Assembly (NCBI RefSeq): GCF_000143415.4
Contig: NW_003314267.1
Span: 2,136,932-2,200,931 of the forward strand
From: Selaginella moellendorffii
Taxonomy: Eukaryota; Plantae; Lycopodiophyta
Length of the DNA: 64,000 bases
Reading direction: 5' to 3'
Below the pieces are notes generated by a model. The model ran no database searches and had not been told where the DNA came from. It saw only the letters and a list, made by a program, of their open reading frames with translations. Positions 1 through 11,182 of the stretch are shown here, one piece after another (positions within the stretch are counted from its first letter, which is position 1; each line of letters opens with the position of its first letter). The translations under genes and the position numbers were made by a program.

Positions 1-886
1 TCCTTCTGAATTCACCACTCCAGGCGATGCAAGTGGATTGACGACGCTCCTGGAGTTGGAGCTCTCGTGGTGATTGATTTGCAGCTCGCTAACCAGTGCT
101 GGATTGCGGAGGAGTTTGGTGTCGGAGAAGCTGCGGCCCAAGCGAGGATGGGCTTCGAGATTGATGTTGTAGGGGTAGAGCTTGGAGGATTTGAGGTCGC
201 TGTGGTCGCCCGGTTGGGACTGCGAGGACTCGGACTCGGCGGAGCCGGATTTGAAGGAAGAGATGTCGTCACAGGGAGGGAACTGTGGCAAATTCTTGCC
301 GATGCTCGAGCCCGCCGCGTCGTTCATTATGGGCTTGTGAGTCTTTGGGTCTATCCCCAGGCGCTTGAGTTTCTTCTTGATGCACGAGTTCCAAAAGTTT
401 TTTATCTCATTGTCGGTGCGGCCGGGGAGCTGTGTAGCGATTTGCGACCACCTTGAAACAAGAAGGAAACTTTAGCAAGCTTTTCCAAAAGAAGTTGTTT
501 TGAAACTTGGAAGAGTTTCATGGTGTCTTGGAATATTAACCTGTTGCCAACGATCGCATGGAGATCGATGATGAGTTTCTCCTCTTGAAGCGAGAAAGCA
601 CCGCGCTTGAGATCGGGGCGGAGGTAATTCTTCCATCTCAATCTGCAGCTTTTCCCGCATCTCTCCAGTCCTGTTGGATCGGAATTGGGCCAGGAAAACG
701 CAAAGAAAATATCCATCTTGGCTTTAGAGAATGGAAGCTTTTCATTTCCTTACCAGCAAGCCGAGGTACATTGCTCCAGCAGCCATGGCCGTAAGTGGTG
801 ATGCACTTGACAAGCTTCTCGTCTTCCTCGGGCGACCACAAACCTTTGCGAAGCTTTTGTTTCTGGCAACACGAGTGTCGCCCCAT
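1..886 (-). CDS. R2R3-MYB transcription factor (MYB55/61/86-like), 3' end runs off the window
   Basis: ATG at 886. Exons 886-754 (133 bp), 670-541 (130 bp) and 451-<1 with GT-AG introns; these are the canonical R2R3-MYB exon sizes. Protein reads [25 protein letters not shown]...[21 protein letters not shown]...[22 protein letters not shown]...GIDPKTHKP. Confidence 0.95.
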
Positions 887-1129
887 GCGACGGGGGAAAC
901 TGGTTACGAGAAAATACAAAAAGTGAAGAAAAAGAAGAAAAAAAACAGATTTTTGCAGAAGAAGGAACAACTTCGCGAAGAGAAGAAATAAAGTATAAAA
1001 AAGGAAAGCTCGGTGCAAGCAAAGGACCAAAGGACTGAAGGACACAGACTATAAGTTTTACTTGCTTGCTTCACTCCTAAAGGCTGGAAGAGAATGAGAG
1101 AATGTGTGCATGCATCAACTGGAGACTGG

Positions 1130-1229
1130 NNNNNNNNNNNNNNNNNNNNNNNNNNNNNNNNNNNNNNNNNNNNNNNNNNNNNNNNNNNNNNNNNNNNNNN
1201 NNNNNNNNNNNNNNNNNNNNNNNNNNNNN
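1130..1229. other. Assembly gap (100 N)
   Basis: Run of exactly 100 N. Both flanks read TGGAGACTGG. Confidence 0.99.
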
Positions 1230-4200
1230 TGGAGACTGGAGCGCAGCAGCTCCAACAAACGAAATCGGAGATCTTTCCAGAGACAATTCCAGTTGCTCAG
1301 TGCAGCAGCAGTAGCAGCAGTGGGCAGCGCTGCACAGAATTTATAAGCGCAAGCTTTCACTAGGCATTTCTCCTGGGAAGTCTGCGCTGCGAGAGGAAGG
1401 GGAAGAGGAGGAAAAAGAGGAAAAAGAAGAGTGAAAATGGAGCAATTTCTCGTTGAGCACTGGCCACTTTCACCAGATCGACGACTGCTATCGTCATAAG
1501 CAGCGAGATCCAGGAGGCGCTGGAGGAGACTTCCGTGCAGGACTTACAGAGCTTAGGCGAGAATTTGGAGGAGTGATGGCGTTGGAGAAGCTTGTTTGCA
1601 TCATTGTCAGGATGCCTTTCGTCGGCGCTGGCAGCGCCGGTGAGCACTGGCGATCGAAGCGCACATCCAAATCGCAGACTTGAATTGCAGCGTAAGGACA
1701 AAGATTGCATGCACATGCTGCTGCTGGCGGAATGGAGAAATCAAAAACAAACGCGGGCGCAATTAAACCCTAACCCCAAGAGCCCTAATTTACAGCGCGG
1801 GAATGTGGGGACCATGCACACGTGGATCACTTAAACCACACATGGGCCACGTACGGCAGTGGTGGCCCATTTCTTTGTGTACCGCCACCTTTTTCCTATT
1901 TCTGTAGCGTGTGTAATTGAGAGCCTCACAGCTAGACCCAAAGAATTTATATGCTTTGATACAAAATATCCGAGAGTTTCCTTCGTAGAGATATGTACTT
2001 GTGTCTGTCTGGATCTCACGAAAAAGAGACTTATTAACGGGGTTTTAGGGTTTAGGGCTAGAATATTTTGCTCGTGAGTTGGGTGGTCGCGCTTCATGCA
2101 TTTAGACGCTCCCGTCAATGTCATGCATGCGTGCCCGGAGAGATGTATTTCTTGTTATGGATGTCTTTCGCGCATTGGCACCGGAAAGATTCGAACCGGG
2201 GCCGCCACGCTCCTTTTTTCTTGTTCACCTCTCTCCCTCAGGGGAGGGGAAAAAAGAAGCAAGAATACAAGGTGGAGCAAAAGATTGGAATATGTGTGCC
2301 TTCTTCTTGCCTGACACAATGTAGGCCCCAAGAAGACACCACCTTTTCCTTTAAAGAGAAAATACAAGATAAGAACTTCACAGGGCTTTGTAAGTATGAA
2401 TTCCAGAGATTCGACAGAGAAGAGTGTTAGAATTCTTGTGGAATAGATTATACAAGAGATTAATCCATTTACCATGCAATTTTGGGTTTGACAAAAGAGG
2501 GGTCTCTGAAGAAAAAACCGTAAAGGAATCAATGACGACGTTGATGACGGTTGTTGATCTCTGGGCCTTTGTGAGGGACGATTTAAAGCCTTTTTTTTTT
2601 CCACCACTGGCTTGCAGATGAGAGATTTCTCTCGTCCATCTGACGGCATTGCACAAGGTGGTACGGGGAAATTATAGAGCATATTGACGAGGAGAACAAC
2701 AGGTTGGGATCATAAAAGCGCTCCAAGACTTACTACAAGCTTTCTTTCCCCTCCTGGGCAATGAAATGAAACTCTCTCCTCTCGGCATTCTGTATGTAAC
2801 ACAAGAGGTACTGGGAAGATGGAGCATCAAATCAGTCTGTCTCAGCTTTTTAGTTGTTTGTATGTTTCTGTATTTTGGATGGATATATTTTGAATTCGGA
2901 AGTTCAGAATAAAAAGTGTTTTCCAATTTCCAATTTTATTGTTTTAAACACCATACTGTTTCTATCTAGTAAGGCATGAGGCCGATTTTTAAAGAAGAAT
3001 GAAAATGAAGAAAATGTTATATGATAGATTTCCTCTGTTATCCAAAGTGTTAAACATGATATAAGTGTACACGTTTATGAATATTTTAATTGCTTTAAAA
3101 CAAGAAATAACAAGAAAATAGTTTCTACTATTATAAATGCAAGAACCCACAATTGCAATTGGCTATTGGGTTTATTGCAGAAGTTCTTCAACTCAAGATC
3201 TTGATAAAAATCTATAACTTGTTTCAATTAACACTTTCAACGACACTTCAGAATAAACGATATAAAACATTTCACAGCTTTGTTACAAACATATCCTGAT
3301 AGTTCTAGACCTGAAACTTTAAAAGTTGTTCTGAGCTAAGTAAAATGCCAAGAAGAATCTAAATACAAAAGTGGAATGTATTAGGGCCCCAATTTTGAGG
3401 AAGTTTGAGTTTGGTACCAATAACATTACACATAAAGAACCTTTGGATATTCCTAGATTTATCCTGACTATAGACTCTTCTGATTCAAACCCAGCAAATA
3501 TTATAACCATCTTTCCCAAGATGAGTCTTGCTTCCTAGCCTTACCTTCCAACTGCAATTAGGGTGCATTACATATTGTGTTTTTCTAAAATATGAAATTA
3601 AGTTCCTTACAAAATCATGCAAAGATATGCCTCCAACTTCAACTTTGGACTATTATAGTTTTCTAAAATATGAAATGATTGCATAAGTTCCTTATAAAAT
3701 CATGCAAAGATATGCTTCTAATGTTGTGCGTTCTAGATAATGAGGCACTAAGAATTGGATTTTGATTTTTGAAGGTCTTTGTTTAGGTAGTGCTTCAAAG
3801 TGTGATGCTGTATCAATGAGTCTTTGTATTTACAAATTCTTCTTCCCCAAAACAGTTTGTTTAGCATTGCAAAAAATAAATTAAAATATTAATATAAGGT
3901 TTTATTTTTTATAAATCTAATATGAATTTTTTTAGTAAAATTTTCAAACAATAAACCATGATTGCTGCTGCACAGCTATATAATTTTAGGATGATTATGA
4001 AATACTTTAAGCTAAGATTTATTTATAATTTTTAAATATTCCTAAATTAATTATTTTATATATTTTATAATGATGGAAGGATGAGATTTAAGTGAGAAAA
4101 TAAATTTTTTTAATAAAAAATGAAGCTATTTTATTTTTTCTCTAGTAAGATGTATTATTTAAATTTAAAATAATATTTTTCTAATTTAGAAATTATACTA

Positions 4201-5262
4201 TTTGATTAAATAGATTTAGAGTTTTTTTATACTCAAATTAAGTAATAAAAATAACATCCAAATGGGAATTTTTATTTTATCATTTTTTTATACTTTATTT
4301 ATATATAATTTTATTCTTTCTTAGAAGTGTTAGTGTATGGAATATAAAACTTTTCATATTTAATCAGCCCAAAAAATTTACCTTGTAAAGTAGTCCAAAT
4401 TAAAACTATTCCAATATCCCATTACACTAATAATTATATATAATATCGTAGCTATGGATCTCATATCATCCTCTTCTCTTTGAAGGATAAAAGACAATTA
4501 AGATTTTATGGCTGATGTGAAGGAATATAAAAAGGAAACACTAGTGAATATATAGATAATGCCACTTATTCTTGATCTTTTTGTATGAAGCACTTGAGTT
4601 GTTACATATGTATAATTTCTAGAGGATCAATTTATTGAATGTCATGTTGAACCTTATAAATTTAAGGTCCAACTTGCTTTAACGCTTGATAGGGTCCCCT
4701 TCATTGAATAAGGAATCCCTTAGATAAATTATGTATTGTGAAATTGGGAAAATAAACTAACACTAGATTATCTATTTTATGCTTTGCAGGTAGACAATGA
4801 TAAAAGTTGTAATGCCACTGCTATCCTATTTGGATGTGTTATAATTGATGTAGAATTAAATATTTCTATCAAACTTCATCACAAAATAAGGTTCACGTGC
4901 CCACAACATTGAAAACATTTAAATAATAGCTTTCTCTAACATCATTTGGATTTTACTTATAAGATTTTGAGTGACAAACGCCAAAAAGAAACCTTGATTA
5001 AATGAGTATCTTAATTGGAATAAAATAACATATTGCACTTTTGGCCACAAATGAGGTCAAATTCAAGAGATCAACATACTCTTTGAGCCAATCAACAACT
5101 ATAATACAAAGGGATTATTTAAGGGCTCTAGTGAGGGAATAGAAGAACAAAAAAGAAGTAAAGTAGGAAGTAATGAAAAGATAAAGTAATGGAAATAAAA
5201 GTAGAAATAAAAGCATAAATTAGAATAAAAGTGAAAAGAATGGAAGAAATATAAAGGAATAT

Positions 5263-7091
5263 TGTAAGCGACTAATTTTTCCATTCTACTTTAGTCACTT
5301 AACCACACCTTCGACCACTTGGAGGAGTCTCACTCACAACCTCCTTAAGTCCAATTCAGGACTTGGGACTTGCTAGCCCCAAGAATGGCATCCATGCCAC
5401 TCAACACTTGCACCTGGTCCAAGTGCTCCACGTGTCCGGTCCCAAGACCGACACCCAAAGGTACCACTGACATCTCGGCCCGTTACGCTAAGGCCATGCC
5501 CATTCACCTTTGCTGCACTAGTGGTCCAATACCACTTGCATCACCATCCCGTCTTTCCAACACTGGGCCATCGGTCCACGAGTGGTCATCCTAGATCCAC
5601 TCTTTAGCATCCTTAGGATGCCCACAGACCTGGGGAATCGCCTTCCCCAAAGTCCCTTTGTCAATTCCTACCAAGTCCCTTTTTGCCCCTGGCCGTGTTT
5701 GCCAACACTGCCACTGGATCGAAGCCCACAGGCCCGACCACTAAGACCCATGGTCCTCTGGGACTTCCTCACCACACGACTGTGTCCTTGGTCACTACCC
5801 CAGAGGACTGCTCCTTTTCCTTTCCACAGTCTAGGCCTTTGGGACAACATTTCGGAACACCGTGGCCTTACGCGAGCCACCTGGGTACTCTCCCCGCCTT
5901 TCGCCTTTAGGTGCTCTAGCCATGGGCTTAGAGTGAGGTTCCGTTGAGCCACACCTGGTATCCAAGTAGGTAGTGCCACCCACACTTGGACTGGGAGCAT
6001 CGGTCAGTCAATCTCCCGGGGGAACTAGAGCCGGCTCTTGAACACTTCACCAAGCTACCCCGCTTGTCGGTCCGTATTCACTCTAGTCTTGGACTTCCCA
6101 GTGGTCAGTTCGTCACCCAACACTGGGTCTGGCCTTCCTGGGCCAAACTGGCCTTTTCTGGCCAAACTGGCTCCACTGCAGTCCTCCCCCTTACTATACT
6201 TTTGGGGCTCACCAAACCCCCCAGGGTCTGGGAGACGAACGCTTTGGGCTTTCACCCTCTCAGACTCCGGACTCGGACTCGGACTCGGACTCGGACTCGG
6301 ACTCGGACTCGGACTCGGACTCGGACTCGGACTCGGACTCGGACTCGGACTCAGGCTCGGGCTCGATCTCGGCCTCGGCCTCGGTCTCGGTCTCGGTCCC
6401 AATCTCGGTCTCGGTCTCGGTCTTGGTCCCGGTCTCGGTCCCGGTCTCGGTCTCGACTTCGGACTCCATCTCGGACTCCATCTCGGACTCCATCTCGGAC
6501 TCCGTCTCGGGTCCATCTCGGGTCCATCTCGGACTCCATCTCGGACTCCATCTCGGGTCCATCTCGGACTCCATCTCGGACTCCATCTCGGGTCCATCTC
6601 GGGTCCACCTCGGACTCCATCTCGGACTCCATCTCGGACTCCATCTCGAGTCCATCTCGGACTCCATCTCGGACTCCATCTCGGGTCCATCTCGGACTCC
6701 ATCTCGGACTCCACTTCGGACTCCAACTCGGGTCCATCTCGGGTCCACCTCGGACTCCACTTCGGACTCCAACTCGGGTCCATCTCGGACTCCACTTCGG
6801 ACTCCAACTCGAGTCCATCTCGGACTCCACTTCGGACTCCAACTCGAGTCCATCTCGGACACTCCCACGTGTCATGTGTTGGTCCTTTTGGGTCCCTTTT
6901 TGGAGCCTCGCCTTTTGCTCGCTTCGTGCTCGTTCCTCGAGCACTTCGTTGGGAGTTCCACTCCTGCTCTTGACTTTTCAAGTCGGAGCTTTTGGTCCAA
7001 ACGTGTTACGCTCGTTTGGCTCTTGCTTCGGCCACTACCATGTGGCGCCCTTCCGGCTCCTCTTTGGGGCTTAGGGATTTTGTGTCTCACA
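5263..7091 (-). repeat. 3' LTR of family-1 element (1829 bp)
   Basis: Near-identical to 11183-13023. Termini TGTAAGCG...GTCTCACA. Confidence 0.97.
6269..6860. repeat. Composite minisatellite within LTR: (GGACTC)14, GGTCTC-type units, then 12-bp GGACTCCATCTC-type units
   Basis: Directly visible tandem arrays. They produce stop-free low-complexity ORFs in all six frames. Confidence 0.97.
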
Positions 7092-7103
7092 ACTCCACCA
7101 CCC
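7092..7103 (-). other. Polypurine tract of family-1 element
   Basis: Minus strand reads GGGTGGTGGAGT immediately before the 3' LTR start TGTGAGAC. Confidence 0.8.
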
Positions 7104-8299
7104 ATAGACGAAGTTCGATGTCCTCATCGAACAGTAAACCATTTTGTAAAGTAACACTCGTATGTGTTACCATTTCCATCCTTGGCACCTAGCCAATATT
7201 TGTCAATGGTTTGACATTGAAGGCTCACCATGCCTTTTGCATATGCCTCAATGGTTTGACACCAAAGGCTCACCATGCCTTGCCTATCCTCTAAGGAGGG
7301 TAGTCTCCCCAACTTAGAGACTGATTGGACCACAAGGAGTGGTTCTCTCCTTTTATTGGTTTAGTTCTCGCTAAACCTCTTAGAGACCCTTCTCTAAGTC
7401 AATCCCACTACTCCTTCTCGAGTAGTCTCAATTTCCATCGATATAACCTTTGCACTTTGGAACTTTGAATTTTGACTTCTTGGAGTCAATTTCCTAGGTG
7501 TCTCCGACACCTTGCCTTGCACCTTTTGTGCAACTCCACTTCCTCTTAGGAAGTTCTCTACTCGAGGGCACCATCATCCTCTCTTCTATTTCGTGCCAAA
7601 GTTCCAGTTATCATACTTTGTGCTAGGGCTGTTCATCGCCCTATCATTTGGCTACCTTACCGCTCCCTCCCTTGGAGCTTCCACTTTTGCCAAATCGGAG
7701 CAATTCGGAATCCCTCCTTGGAAACACACTTCCTTTCCCGCAACTTGTTAGCGTCCAACACATTAGTGTTCCTCGCCTAACTTCGTCACTTGGATTCCTT
7801 CCAAGGGATTCCACGGCCCTATCTTGGCCACTCATCTTTTGCTCCTATCCGTTGATTGTTGCACCAAGTAACATCGAATCTCTACCTCCCTCCTTGAGGT
7901 ATTGTTTCGGTTCCATAGCAAAGACTCTTCTTTGCCAAGTCCGGAGGATGTTCACCCCTAGTACGTCTCTTTAGCATCTTCTGCTATGGGCTCTATCCAC
8001 GGCCCAACTTCGTGACCCTCCCATGGGTCTTTTATAGAGACTACTTTCCTCGGACTCACTATGCCATCGCACGGACATAGTTTATTTCCCTTAGGTGCTC
8101 TTCCCACTTGGTTATCACGACCAAGCCACACCACCTTAAACAGTTCAATTTCAACATTTTGAACCAGGAACTTCATTCCTTAGCCAACCAAGGACCTTGT
8201 CCTTTTCTGGCCATAAGATCACCTAGTGATCTCACCTTGGCACCTTAACAGAGTTGCCAAGAGGTACTTGGTCTTCTAGACCTCCAAGTTGTTGACTAT

Positions 8300-8710
8300 A
8301 ACCCCGGGGGCATCCCCCACACTTGGCGGTGCACCCAAGCTAGCCCTTACGGCCAAGGGTTCATAGCAACTGAGATTAGGTGTCCCCATCTCACTCACCA
8401 CGACCTCGGTGCCACTTGCACCAAAGTGTTCAAGTTAGATATGCTGAGCTTTCACACTAAGCAATCTAACCGTGCATCACGACTCCGAGGCATCCCTCAC
8501 TTGGCGGTGTGCCCAAACCAGTCTCCCCACTGAGAGTCCATGACCACCGAAATATGAGTGTCCTCATATTCCAAACCATCACCACGCCCTAGTGATTTGG
8601 GACTCGAACCCAAGCACTAGAGGGTCGGGACTCGAACCCAACCTCCGTATATGCATCTACGGACGGCATCACACTAGATGCCTGGCGTGACTCCCCACGC
8701 CGGTGCACCA
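8300..8710 (-). other. Hairpin-dense putative structured RNA domain with two tRNA T-arm/B-box-like motifs
   Basis: At least nine short inverted repeats in ~400 nt, a duplicated ~100-nt module, and GGGTTCGAGTCCC twice on the minus strand (8599-8611, 8627-8639). Confidence 0.55.
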
Positions 8711-11167
8711 ACCTATTTTTAAAGCGCGCTACAGATCACAGCTTAGGAATCTATTTCCTCCACACTGCCAAGTCCTCTCACTTGACATGTCTGTGATCAT
8801 GCATGGACTCCTCCATGCTCGGCCCCCTGGCCCACCCTTTTTGAAGATATCACCTTCAACTAGGGTCTTTGTTCCCCCGATGTGCCAATCTCACTTGGCA
8901 AGTCCTCCGACCATTGTAACATGGTTCCTGCATAAGCGTGAAAGTCCTTGACCATCAACTTTCGTTCAAAGCCCTCTCTTTGAACACTCGGGAACTACTT
9001 CCCTAACCTTGATAACCTTGCCTCATGGCAAGCTTCAAGACCACGCTTCTGCTGCGCCACTCTGATTTCGCGCGTTCCATGAACCATTTACACTTGGCCT
9101 TTCTAGGTACTACGCTACCTAGAATCGTCTTTGGGAACCTTGAAGGAACTCTGTCCCTCAGCTTGCTAAGGCCTCCCCTTTCGCAAGCTTTATAGTTGCC
9201 ATATAGTCTAACATGGACAATTCCATATTTTAGACTCTCCATGGCATCACGGTTGCTAGCAACAACATCCTCGAGCACCCTCTTGATTCTCCACTCCCAA
9301 CTTTCATAACCACTGTTGGATATGCCCTTTGATTTCTATGGTTCAGTTCCATCCTAACACTACTTGCCTTTGGCTTCACACCTTTCCTTCGGTCATTCTC
9401 CTCCAGACCAGGAGGATAGCTTTGCACTTTCTATCATGCCTTAGCAAGTATTCTTAGGGATGAACCTACCCAATAGCCCAGGGAGTGGTTCCTCAATCCG
9501 GGTATGCTCAGCTTATAATCCCACACACTGGGGTTACATTGTCGCTTATGGGCCTTTACATGCCCATCACTAGCCTTGCCAAAATTCCATTTTTGGCTTT
9601 GTCCAACTTGGGTAGACAGTCCTCTCCTATCTCCGCAACTTTGGACATTTGGATAGCACCTTCTATCCATCATTCGCTAGGGACTTAGTCCCTTGGGCTT
9701 TATCCATTGCCCTCGCGACATCAAACACCACCTTCTGGTGTTCTAGAGTGTTCGGGTGTCCCAATGATGGCTTTCTTGACAGTGAGTATTTCCTTTTATG
9801 ACATTGACTTACTATATCGCAACATAAGCAACTTATCCCCCGTAAGGGTATATCCGACTTCCCTATACTAGAAGTCTTGGGTAGCTACCTTCTACCCGTT
9901 TAACCAGTTATTTTGCACCTCTTGCTTAGTTGCCTCATAGTTGTCAAGTCCTACAACTCATTGCTTGGTGCTTTCACACCTCCATCACTATCTGGGTCAC
10001 CACACTCCAACTGCATGCTCTGCAGCTTAGGCTATGCCATTCCCATTTCCATTGGGATTCCTTTGGCAAGGGGTTCTCATGAACCCACCAACATAGCCTC
10101 AAGGTATCACACCTTGGCACATTTGGTGTCTCCACACCATCGGCTCCACGAGCCTACCTCTATGACATTTCCCTTCGTGTCTAAGTCTTTGCCAAGACCA
10201 ACACCGCTCTTTCTCATGCCAACCATCTGTTAGCACTGCCCCATAGAGGTCACACACAACTTTATGTCAAAGTTGTTTTCTTCTAGGAACACCTTTCCCA
10301 TAACTTTAGCATGGCACATTTTGCCATCGATGAAATACTCTCTGTTCTCATCCTTGGATCCTATGATCCCCCCCCATCCTTTGTGGGGTACAACGCACCT
10401 CAGTCCAAATGCTTCATTCAGTCCTTTTTAGGACCATCCCTTGACTCTACTTGAGTCGTCTAGCAGTTTTGGACTTGGTTAATCCACCGACCCGTAAGGT
10501 CCTACTTGTGAGGCACTAGCTCACTGGAATACACATCTTGCATCCCGGTCCTACTCAAAAGGACTATTTACACAAGTGTTACTCCGACACTTGATTTTGT
10601 TCTCTGGGGGCAACCTTTGCCCCTTAGGACTACTTGTCCATGTGATGAGAATACCAACTCATCCACTTAATACACCCCCAACTCCTTGGGTTGTTCCAGC
10701 ATTTATTAGAGGTAGCCCCGGCTACCATTTCAAGGACTTGAGTCCTCTTCCGTATTTGACCTTCCACGGTCATTACCTTTGGTCTCACATTCATGAGGAC
10801 CAACCTCAACTATATGAGGATAATCTTGTGACTCCTTTATTGTTTTGGAGTCTCTATCTTTCCCGTGATCCCAACTTTAGTTGTTTACCACAACAACCTA
10901 AGCCAATTTGCTGAGACAAATGCTCATCCGGATCACATCCTCAACTCAATGAGGAAAACCTTGCACTGTTCCCAAGATCCCAAAGTCGTTCCATTATTGG
11001 CCCTTTTCTATCCACCACCTCGTCTACAAGTTCACACATGAACTGTAATGGAGAGCCATGTCTTCCAGACTTGCTACTCCTCAAGGATAGGCCCACTCCT
11101 CGGACCTTCCGATGCCAACACTAGTGGTGATATACTTGAGCACCAATAAAAGTCGGACTAAGGAACA

Positions 11168-11179
11168 GCTCTGATACCA
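11168..11179 (-). other. Primer-binding site (initiator tRNA-Met)
   Basis: Minus strand TGGTATCAGAGC, 3 nt from the end of the 5' LTR. Confidence 0.95.
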
Positions 11180-11182
11180 AAT

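Noticed and set aside
1360-2926. Short ORFs upstream of the MYB gene
   Set aside because: No recognisable domains or consistent exon structure. Treated as regulatory or intergenic DNA.
5986-7154. 200-360-aa ORFs in all six frames (RT/SP/LG/ES repeats), also at 11906-13092 and 19613-20044
   Set aside because: They arise from stop-free 6- and 12-bp tandem units in the LTR and show no domain content. The homologous frames are disrupted in the solo LTR.
8590-8701. Bona fide tRNA gene
   Set aside because: There is no 7-bp acceptor stem next to the T-arm, the anticodon-like loop is 8 nt, the A-box is poor and the T-arm is doubled. Reported as a tRNA-like structure only.
8300-8710. Hammerhead (retrozyme) or twister ribozyme, or Cassandra-type 5S segment
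   Set aside because: No CUGANGA/GAAA core, twister consensus or 5S rRNA sequence was recognisable by eye. An Rfam scan is needed to exclude these fully.
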